Shown here: positions 33,067 to 43,540 of the stretch, in pieces
How the letters are laid out: the number at the start of each line of letters is the position of its first letter
Numbering within the stretch: the stretch's first letter is position 1
From: Convolutriloba macropyga
Taxonomy: Eukaryota
Direction of reading: 5' to 3'
DNA: 64,000 nucleotides
Assembly (NCBI RefSeq): GCF_964194025.1
Contig: NC_134478.1
Coordinates: forward strand, 12,710,001-12,774,000
Notes under the pieces: model-generated
What the model saw: only the letters and a program-made list of their open reading frames with translations
Told to the model about the DNA's origin: nothing
Database searches by the model: none
Position numbers and translations under genes: made by a program

Positions 33067-34280
33067 TTATTGGTTTTGGTTGTTCGTAACTTTTTCTGCC
33101 TCGTCAAATCCAAATATTTTGTACGCTTCCCGTGCCGCATCATTTGTCAGAATTTGATATGCCCGGTTGATGGTCTTGAAGAATTCTTCGTCTCTACCAG
33201 CATCAGTGTGCGTCAACAGGCTCATTTTGTGGTAGTGTTTCTTGATCTAATCTTTGAAGCAGAACTTTTTACCAACAAAAATCTCGTATAGCGTTGCATA
33301 CCGGTTCATAATGTTTTTGTTCCGAATCTCGGATAAATATTTCTCCGCGGCCATGGTTTTTGGCATTTTGTTTTTAAGAGTACTCTTTTATCGATCAATG
33401 AGAGAACCTTTTTTCCGGCATTCGTTGGCCAAATACTGATTGTAGTGTTCTCGCTGCTCAAGCTCTGACCGCAATTGGTCATTCACGTTCTCCATATTTT
33501 CGATTGCTTCGAACTTCTTAGTAGCTCTGACTTTCAAATGGCCAACTCTTGCTTCATTAACTCAATGGATTGCTCCTGTTCAGCTTTTCTGGCTGCTGCT
33601 GCCTTTAAGTTATCTCGTAACTACTCACAATCGGCAATCCATTTGCCCAAAGCTTCTTTTGTTGCCTCTTTGGTCTTCTTGCAATAGTTATCCAGTTCTT
33701 GTCGAAGCTCGACGAGGTCTTGTTGAATTGAAGAGTTAGTACTCTTCAACTTCTCTAACTGTAAGCACTGGTTTTGCAGTTCCACTTCAGTCTGCAGAGC
33801 ACGCGACCGAACATTGGCTGGTGCCAGATGTTCTAGCGTAGAAAATTTCTGAGTCCGCGACAGACAAGATTCCACTCTATACACTCCCGGGGAAATCCCT
33901 GAAAGAACTTTCCACAATTCTGGCGTGTAATAAACATAATCACCAATCTGTGGAATCTCGTTACCTGCTATATTGTATAAAAAACCCTTTTTGCTTCTAA
34001 ATTGTCTCGATATTTTCAGTTTTGAACTCAAGATTTTTCCTTTTTTCCATTTTTGGTCTCGGACTTGAGACCTTCCCGTTTTTTTGTCTGGATTCAAGAT
34101 GATTTTTTGGTCTTGAACTCGAGACGTTGCCTTTTTTGGTGTTGAACTCAAGACAACTTTTTTGGTCTCGAACTCGAGACGTTCTTTCCTGTTTTTAGTC
34201 TTGAACTCAAGACAACTTATTTTTCTTTCACTTTTTTAGTAAACAACTAACTCTTTCAATGACTCTTTTTCTTCAATCAT
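33067..34280 (-). pseudogene. Accessory ORF of element 1: Lys-rich repeats, coiled coil and C-terminal DnaJ (Hsp40 J) domain
   Basis: Manual translation of 33294-33109 gives TLYEIFVGKKFCFKD*IKKHYHKMSLLTHTDAGRDEEFFKTINRAYQILTNDAAREAYKIFG. It joins ORF 33621..34151 through several in-frame stops and one frameshift near 33525. The start is approximate. Confidence 0.8.
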
Positions 34281-34379
34281 TTTCTTTTGTTCTCGGCGTT
34301 CATTTATTAATTTGAGTAATTGTGTTCCCGTTATGGGGTCAAGATTAAGCAATAGTTATCGCCAAGATGCTCCATTAAT

Positions 34380-36160
34380 AACTAATGCAAAATAGATGAG
34401 CAAGGTAGGAAAATTTTTCACAAATTGAAAAATGAGGTAGACAAATAAGACTGACACAGCAATGTCCTTCGCTTTCAACTAAATGTATAAGCTTTCGATT
34501 CTTAAATTCTGAAAAAAATGTTATTTCATTTGTTAGAAAAACTTGTTGTTGGAACTGATCGTTCCAGTGAATAAAATTTTTATGACTGTATTTTCCATCA
34601 GAATCTCGGAATGCTTCCTAACTGATAATTCCTTTAATATTCTGGGGAACTGTTCGAGCAATTTGACTCTGTTTTACGTCTGATGTGGAGAAAAGGCTGC
34701 GATGCAGGTTTTCATCATTTACATTTAAGTTACTATTCATCGAACACTGATATATCTCGCAATTGAATTTCATCAGCATTGTTGAAAACTGCCGTCTTCT
34801 AATTTGACAACATTTGGGTACAGCGGGTTGTATGCAGCGATTGTATAATTATGATACAAAACTTTTGTAATAGGGTCCTTATATCAAATAAAAGAAAAAT
34901 TCTGACCCTCTACTAACACAGGAACTTCTGTGCAAAAAGGAAAATTAGTTATTGTTGCTACCATCTTGATACATTTATGAACATATAACACAGATCCTGC
35001 TCTTTCGACGTGAGTTCCTTTCTCGAAGAACACTACTGATGGACTAACTATGTTTTTTGATAATTCAAGCATTGTTTGAATTCTTAGTCGTTGATTCTCG
35101 CATTGGAGCGTTCTAAGTTTGAAAAAAATTTTCCTCTCTCTTTGAGAAGTTCAAAATTAAAGGTTTCAACAACCCTTGAAAGAAGTATCTCCATTGTTAT
35201 TTTAAGATTACCAATTTTTAGTTCTGACCTCTCCTCGGAATGAAAAACATCTGGAACTCCGATAGTTTTTACCTGCTGTCCACACAAACTAATTGCTGTT
35301 TCCTCTAAGATTTCTATTGCAAAATCTTCATATTTGATTTTGTATAAAATTTTTCCGCCGAAAAAAAGGTCTTGTTGTTACCAAAAATGTTTGCAGGGTC
35401 CTCCTTATTAAAGCGTTTGATCATTCGAAAGTTTTGCTCACCTTGATTTTCAAAAAAATAGTTTCCTAGGTCGTCTTGAGAACATGTGGTTTTGATGAAA
35501 ATAGTATTTGAGAATTATAGGGGATCCTTAAAATTTAATAGGTTTCTTTGTAGCACCTTCCCCCAAATTGTTATTGTTGCTTTGATTTCCACTTTTCCGA
35601 TAAGTTTTCTCCTAAGGGTGAAACCCACTCTACAGGCTCTGCATACATAGCGCCTTCGCGCCCATTTTTTGCCATGAAGCTTTGACTATACTCTTTGACA
35701 TAAGTGGTTCCGCTGGCTTGCTGTAAAATTGTTTCAGTTAACAGCCTGTTGACTTTGAAGGTCATATCTCCAAAACCTGGTGTGGCAAAATTTTTGTTCT
35801 GCCAAATATTTCTACAAACTCCCTCGTTTAAAGGGAATTTTGATTTTAGTATTCTCGAATTATTTTGTGAGAAAAATGACACCGTCATATATGTTGCTTT
35901 TTTAATCTGCCGACACTGTATATACCGCTTCATACATGTCAGTTTTTAGTTTTATCTGAAGCTGAACCTCAGCATATATCAAACTGCATTCTTCTCTTGT
36001 TTTCGATACTCGAATTTTTTATCACAGTTTGAGCTGTGATCTAGAGAATAGATCTTTGTGGATACGATATTGTCAAAATCATAACCGTATAACTTGATAC
36101 AAAGTGATGGAGAAGCAAAAATGGCTAGCAATGCCAGATACGAACATATGGATACTCCAT
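34380..36160 (-). pseudogene. Envelope glycoprotein of element 1, chuvirus-G / class III fusogen-like
   Basis: Signal-like SYLALLAIFASPSLC followed by LYGYDFD...YSL...NCD; CGQQVKTIGVPDVF; RAGSVLYVHKCIKMVATITNFPFCTEVPV...DPITKVL...NPLYP; C-terminal TM IAVSVLFVYLIFQFV. Confidence 0.65.
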
Positions 36161-38160
36161 CACACGATGATCCGGATGAACTCGCCTTTCTTTTCGATTC
36201 CCTTATTTCTTTCTGGACTTTCTTGAAACAACAACATCATCAGTTTCCTGACTGCTACAATACTCTTCGTCTTGCTCAGTAAAGTAAATCGTTAATTTCT
36301 TAAGCAACGATTTCAATCGGCTGCTAGACCTTTTAGCCATTTTTGGTGCCTTGGGATCCCTATTAATCTTTTCTTAAGTATTTTTTTATTACTAATAGAT
36401 TCCTGTGTTTTTTTCTGGTTTTAGAATTTTTGTTTCTGCTGCTTTTTTTCCAGTGTACTCTGTAGGTTTTGATGAAGTTGCTCCTCCACCCTCGCAACAT
36501 ATTTTCCCTTCATTTGCCCTTTAGAGGTTATTTGCTTTGATTTTTAGCTTCATTCTCCAACGTGTCATTTGCAACATTTAGTGAATTGTTAGCATCCACA
36601 GCTTCGGATTGATTTTCTGTGTTTAACTTGCTTTCACTGTCTGTTGATGATTCTATTTCAATTATATCACCATCGGTGGAGCTGTTCAAATCGGTATTCT
36701 TCTGCTCCTTAAAGATTATTTTTAATTTCGCCTGATGCTCAGTCGTGAATGGCTTTTCTCGTGCTTTATATATTTTCAGTCGGTCAGAATGGACCTTAAT
36801 AGTTTTACTCGTATTTTTATCTTCTACCTTGAAATTTAAATCGTTTGTAATTTCAACTATTATGTATGGTCCTCTATAGAAAGGAGTAAATTTTCTTATT
36901 TCTCCTTTTTTAACCGTTGGGTTGAAAACTAACACTTCTTCGCAAATTTAACGCTCGGTCCACACTTACTGCAATCATAGTAGGTCTTCTGGCGTTCTTG
37001 TTCGACATCCATATATTCTCGCATCAACTGATGCGTTTCCTGTAGTTTCTGTTTCATTGTGAATACATAGTCACTTGGTGTTGCATATATTGCAGTCTGT
37101 GGTTTGCTATAGATGCAGTCTATAGGTACCGGCAGTGGAAAACCCAGTACTACATACGCTGGGCTGTTTGTTGGTACAATATGGATTGATGATCCAATTT
37201 GGTCCAATCATTTTGATACTGGCCTATGTATTTGGAGATACAATCTTCTATTGTCCGAGTTGTTCTTTCAATCATTGCGTTCCCTCGTGGTTGGTAGGAC
37301 GTTGTTGATGTCCTCTGAATTGATTCCTAGTTCACTGCAAAGACTACGAAATAAATTTGACATAAATTTCGACCCTTGGTCACTGTGTAAATTGACTGGA
37401 CAGCCGAATCTCGCTATCCAGTGTTCAACAAACGCTTTTGACACGGTTTTGCCTCTTGCTTGGTTAAAACTACTGCTTCGTACCACTTACTGAATTGATC
37501 ACGGATAAGCAAAATGTACTTGTTTCCCTGAGACTTGGGAAGTGCACCCATGATATCAAGAGATAGAAGCAAAAATCGATGACTAGGTTTCCATTTTGTG
37601 AGTGAGGGCCGACTTTCTGCTTAGTGCCTTTCCTTTTTAGGCACACATAACAGCTTTCTATCCAATTTCTTACGTCTCTTCTCATGAACGGCCACTAAAA
37701 CCATTCACAATCCCTTTGATATGTTTTCTCAAACCCAAAGTGACCTGCGCTAGGAGAGTCATGCAGCAGCTCAAGCACGTTGCACACTCTCTCCTATGGT
37801 ACAAGCATTTGGTAAACAGTCTCAAAATTTGGTTCTCTTTCGTGTTTACGATGAAAAATCCCGTCTATGAAAAAAAGATTTGTATACTGAACCCAGTATT
37901 TGCATAACTCCTTTGATGGTCCATTTTTCATTTGCCGTGGTACCGGTCTTTTTTTGTTTAGTATCCAGGAGTATACTTCTTTGAGTTTATTGTCATTTTG
38001 CTGCGAATCTCGCAGTTTTCCTGCCTGCAGTTTGTCTAAATGCCAACCTCGACTACCATAATCGGTATTGTCCTGCCCTGCGTCAATCGCGATAGCGTTA
38101 ACAAATGCTATTGGTTCTTCGTCTTCTGTGTTTATGCGCAACAGACAGTCAGTGTGTGAG

Positions 38161-38705
38161 AACAAGGTCTCCACTGGGCTGTTTCCGCCATGCAAATTTT
38201 TACGTAGCTAGCTGAAAAAAAGCCATGCTATATTCAGCTAAATTTCGTTTATATACGGGCAATTTCGTTTGAAAAGAATTGGACTCCCTTACTCAAAACA
38301 AATCTTGCATTCCTTAGATGCAAGATTTTGCTGACCTTAACGGCAACATTTTTCTCTCTTAAAATTCACTGATGTGTTTGACTGCTCGGCACGACTCTCG
38401 TGCAACAAACCTTGACTTCTGTTCTCGCCTCCTGGTGTTGGCGATCGCGCTCTACTGTCGCAATTGGTTCGTCTATTATCAGCTCTGCTTCTGTTATAGC
38501 TATTATAGTTTCTATTTCTATCTCCGGTTTGTCTTGAACTACGCTCACTTCCGCGCAAAAACTTTTTTGCCTGCTCTAAACTTGAGGTTAAAGTTAAATT
38601 TCCCAAGTTTTTCTATCCATCTTGCATCCGTACCATCTGATTCTTTAAATCTATAGATCCAGACAAGAGCCCGGTGGTCCGTTATAATCAAAAAGTGCTG
38701 ACCAA
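38161..38705 (-). repeat. Internal duplication (RNase H piece fused to gag C-terminus), paired with 40666-41197
   Basis: Two diverged direct copies of about 540 bp share the same RH-to-gag junction. Confidence 0.85.
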
Positions 38706-41400
38706 TTAAAAAGATTTTAAAATGTTGAGTGAAATGAACGATTGCAAATAATTCCTGCTTTCTGGCTGAATAATTTCGCTGACTTTTACTCAGAGTTTTG
38801 CTAGCATATGTAATAACTCTATCCTCCGTTCGTTGCTTTTGGGTAAGAATCGCTCAATTCCTGTCAACGAATTATACGTAGTTAATGTATACGGATCCCT
38901 ATCGTTTGGATATCTTAAAATTGAGGCGTCCAAAAGCTTCCTGTTAAAATCGGTTATCGAATTTTTGCAGTCTACACTCCATTCATATTTATTTGACTCA
39001 TTCAGCAAACTTTAAAGAGGTTCTGCTGTTTTTTCGAAACCCGGAATGAATTTCTGATAAAAACCCACAAGGCCTAGAAAGGCCCTGACGCCCATCAAGG
39101 ATGATGGTTCTTTCATCATTTCTACCGCTCTTACTTTCTCTGCGTCTACCTCGACTCCACTCTCGGATATAATGTGCCCCAAGAAGATGACACGTTTTTG
39201 GATAAAATTGCCTTTTGATCACTTAATCTTTATTCCATTCTCCGCTAAACTTTGGAAAATCAGTTCTACTCGTTTCAGATGTTCGTTGAAACGTCTTCCG
39301 AAAACGATAACGTCATCTAGATACACTAGAGCCAGTTTGTTTGACAGTCCAGCAAAAATCAACTCACATAGGTTTTGAAAAGCACCCGAAGCAAACGCTA
39401 GTCCCATAGGGAGTGTTTTCCCCTTATACAGGCCGAGAGGCGATATGAAAGCTGTTAAATTCTGACTCTTTTCCTTGATCGCCATCTGAAAGTATCGCGA
39501 CAAGAGATCTATGTTCGTGAAATACATGTTTGCCTACAGTGAATCAATAACCTCATTAAATCGTAGTAAAGGCCAGCATATTTTTTCTAGTTGTTTTTTC
39601 AGACCACATTAGTCTACAACCAAGCGATAGTTTCCATCCTTTGTTGGTACAAGCAATGATGGTGCTGCCCAGTCGTAATTTGTTGGTTCGACTAAGTTGT
39701 TTCGTTCCGAGTATTCGACAATTTTATTCATGGCTTTTCTTTTCTCAAAGCTCATGCTGCCGTATGTACGTCTGAATGGAACAGCATCCTTTTTAATTTT
39801 ATTTTATGAAAGATTCGGTCGCAAAACCCCATATCATTTGAGTTTCGAGAAAATATTACTTCATGTTTTTGTGCAAAGTGACTTCACTCTTGTCATTTCC
39901 TCGCAAGACAAGCTGAGACAAGCATTGAACTCGAGTTTGCATTCTTCTCAAAATCAAATTCATCTCTAGGTTTTGTTTTTTCGTCAGAGTTATTTCGTTG
40001 TATTCTTGAAATTTTTTTTGGTTTCCGCACTGGCGATTCTCGCATTTTTGTAAATTTTCATTTGTTATAATGTAGGGTCCAGAACTCGAACCCATACGAC
40101 ATCATCAGCCCTGTCATTCAGCGACCTCGCTATTAATAACTGTGATTTGTCTTCAAACTCTTTCATTGTTTCGACTATAATTTCTGTTTGCTGTGTTATG
40201 TAACCTTCTTCATCGATAACTGCATTCAATGAAACCTTCGCAGCAACGAGGTAATTCGTGATCCTCAGCAGCAATTAAAAACAGATTTTTATTACTTCGT
40301 TGTGATGTGGACAGTTGTAAGGTTTTCCCAATTGTCCGGTAAAAGATTTCGCTCTTTCTGAGGTTTGAAATACAGTGAAAATTATATAAGAATTTCACGC
40401 CCAAAAAACAAGGCGTTATCTCAATTTTGGTCACTAGAAACTCAACTGTTATCTCAGATGTAAATTTTTGAAGTTGGACCTGAATAGCATTTGAACCTTT
40501 GACAGACATTTTTCCATTGTTTGAAGCTATTATATTTTTACTGCACACTCTGATTAGGCTCGGTTCTCCCAGTTGCTGTTAGAGTGTGTCGCTTAAAAGA
40601 TTAACACTACTTCCACTATCAATTAGGGCCATTATCAGTTTGTATTTTATCATTTTTTTTTGGCAAACAAGGTCTCCACTGGGCTCTTTCCGCCACCCAA
40701 ATTTTTATGTAGCTAGCTGAAAATTAAGCCCCGCCATATTGAGCTAATTCTCGTTTAAATACGGGCAATTTCGTTTGAAATGATTTGGACTCCCACATTC
40801 AAAACAATTCTTGCATTCCTTAGATGCAAGATTTCGCTGAACTTAACGGCAACATTTTTCTCTCTTAAAACTCACCGCTCTGTTTGACTGCTCGGCACGA
40901 CCCTTTTGCGACTAATCTCGGCTTCTGTTCTCGCCTCTTGATGCTGACGATCGTGCTCTACTGTCGCAATTGGTTCGTCTATTATCAACGCTGCTTTTGT
41001 TATAGCTATTATAGTTTCTATTTCTATCTCCAGTTTCTCTTGAACTACGCTCACTTCCGCGCAGAAACTTTTTTCTCTGCTCTAAGTTTGGTGTCAAAGT
41101 TAAATTTCCGAAGTTTCTCCATCCATCTTGCAACCATGACGTCTCTAGATCCAGACAAGAGCCCGGTGGTCCGTTATAATTAAAAAGTGCTGACCAAGTA
41201 AAGGGAAATCTATTTAAAAGATATGTAGATGACATTATTTGTTGAGTAAAAGACGACAGAACAAAACCAATAATTTGTTGCAAATAGACAATCTTTTGAA
41301 TAGAAACTTGATGTTCACAATGAAGTACAGAGAGAAGAAAGAAAAAGGAAATAACCTTCCTGTATATTTCAGTATAGGTTACGGAACAAAGAAATGTTAC

Positions 41401-41467
41401 CTGTAAAAGGTAGCAGAAGCCAACTGAAAGAGGAACCATTCCGAACTTCCTTAGCTCCCCGTCATTC
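41401..41467 (-). CDS. Candidate upstream exon of TSC2 (...MVPLSVGFCYLLQ)
   Basis: Flanked by a strong acceptor (ttttttttcag|) and donor (CAG|gtaaca). It ends in phase 0, compatible with the acceptor at 31454. Not verified. Confidence 0.35.
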
Positions 41468-42559
41468 CTGAAAAAAAATTTTAGATGTTATTGTCTAAAG
41501 CTTCTTTTGATCTCAAGGCAAACGCCAATAATTTAACGAAGCCCTACAAAAATCAACAAAAACCAAATCGCAGGAGAAATCACAATCCAGCAAACCTGTC
41601 GTCAAGAAGTGCAAGTTTAACAGGCAGTCAAAATAAGTCAAGAATATAGATAAAACTCAAGCAGATGCTCAAACATGTTCTACGGCATAAAGACCAATAA
41701 AACATAAGACTAAATGGAAAAACTTTAGAAAATAGCGAAAGGCAGAGTGATCTGATCAACAACGAAACGCTAAACCTGCTTACAATCCGTAAAAAAATCT
41801 AGTTTTGATCAGAATCTGAACATGCGCGTGGCATGCGAAGCAACTTGGAGTCTTTGCAATTGCAGCTTTTTTGGTTACACAAAAAAAAGAATATTCATAC
41901 ATAAAAGAGTGGATGGTAGAGCATCAAAAAAAGACTCACAATATGTCGGTATAAAAGTGAATGTTGTGGCAATTAGTGCTTGTTCAATAAGCGTGTAACT
42001 GACTCACTATTTAGATGTTTGAACTTCTCTCAAAACAAAATTTCTGCTTCTATTTGATTTCTTTCGAAATTAATAAAGCCATCAACAGTATGCCCCAACA
42101 CCTTTTGTTTAAAAAATTTGTAAACTTCCTTTTTTATATAGGTTTGTTCCTACTTTGTAGATTGCTTGCCGTGTGTTAGGCAGAGCTTGCGCCTTATTCA
42201 AAAATGTCACCTGTTGTCAAGCAGACACGTTTATTTGGTCCTTTGTTCTTCCTTATAGTTATTAATTTTATTTGTAATACGCCGCCGATCTAAAAATTTT
42301 ATCAATTTGATTCAAGAATTTCTATAAACCATAATTAAATGTTCTCGCACAAATTCTTTGCTTTCATCCTGGAAAGAGCAAAATATTGTTTTTTGAATAC
42401 AACCCGTCTCAGCATCTAAATCTTAAAGGGGATGAACTTCCCTATGATGATATCAATAGAGGTTTATGTTTTTAATGACACATTTGCACTGGCAGAGTTA
42501 CAATGAAATGAAACTCACCAAATTCGAACTTTTGTTAAATTTTTAACCCGGGTCGAGAT

Positions 42560-43130
42560 GTCAGCGCCGTTTCAGCGCATATTTTTGTAAGAAATGCGCT
42601 GAAATGAGCTGAAAATTCGAGATGGCGCTGAAACTTTAAAATTTCAGCGCAGCTTCAGCGCATTTGTTAAATAATTTCATTGCATTTTCATCTCAATTCT
42701 TAGATAACTTTCAAAACTTTTTCAGCACATTTCTTACAAAGTTTCAGCGCATCTTCAGCGCATTTCTTACCTGATTTCAGCGCATTTTCAGCACATTTCT
42801 TACATAAGTTTCAGCACATTTTTCAGCGCACTTCTTACATAATTTCAGCGCTTTTCATATCAAATGTTTTTTTTTATATTTTCAAATTAAACGGAAAGCA
42901 TTTCAATTCTCAGTAGTGCAGTGGATTAATTGATAGACACAATGATTGGGGTTCGAGCCTCGGGGCGAAAGAAAAGAGCTCAATTTTTTGCAGTTTCAGC
43001 GGATTTCAGCGCAATTCTTACAAAGTATCAGCACTTTTCAGCGCATATCAGCGCATTATTATGTAATGTTTTTGCGCTGAATTTTTCAAAAATTGAGCGG
43101 ATTTCAGCGCATTTCTTACATAATTTTTGG
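42560..43130. repeat. Degenerate TTCAGCGCATTT(CTTACA) repeat array in both orientations, with an embedded A/B-box segment at about 42912-42965
   Basis: About 20 copies of ttcagcgca/ttcagcaca and the inverse gcgctgaa; TAGTGCAGTGG ... GGTTCGAGCC lies inside. Confidence 0.7.
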
Positions 43131-43294
43131 AAATTTTCTCGATCCGGTATGCAATCTCCGTGAAGATGGTGAAGACTCCCATGTATTGACAAAGAGTGTA
43201 GCGTATTTTTCCTCATTCGGTTCTTTCTTAGTGTAATCAGATAGGTTATAGGTTTTGCATGTATTGCGATAGGGTATAGTCGATAACCGATCCT

Positions 43295-43540
43295 ATTACA
43301 TGTATTAGGATAAGAGTTAGCAGCCTACATGTTTTAGGATAAGTGCAGCCGCCTCCCTTCAAAACTGAATCCCATGTATTAAAATAGAGAATAGACTCAA
43401 TAAATTAAGATAACGGCTATTTTCTGAGATTAGTCATAGGTGTCATGTATTAAGATTGGGCATAACTGTCGTATGTTAGGATTAGGCATAGCTTTCATGT
43501 ATTAGGATTAGGAAAAATTCTTTGTATTAAGATTAAATAT
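43295..43540. repeat. Degenerate tandem repeat with core (CA)TGTATTAGGAT
   Basis: Recurrent tgtattaggat/tgtattaagat at about 20-25 bp spacing. Confidence 0.55.

Larger units (their letters stand above)
32421..41200 (-). mobile_element. Decayed, 5'-truncated Ty3/gypsy (Metaviridae-like) element 1: gag(C-term)-PR-RT-RH-IN-env(class III-like)-accessory J-domain ORF-PPT-3'LTR
   Basis: CFECGSPNHFKRNC knuckle (about 40765-40806); ALIDSGS protease (about 40610-40630); RT PMGL and LVYLDDVIVFG; RH TDHRAL; IN HDSPSAGH...CYVC, LHSDQG, RGPY; PPT aaaagggggcag (about 32940-32951). Many stops and frameshifts. Confidence 0.9.
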
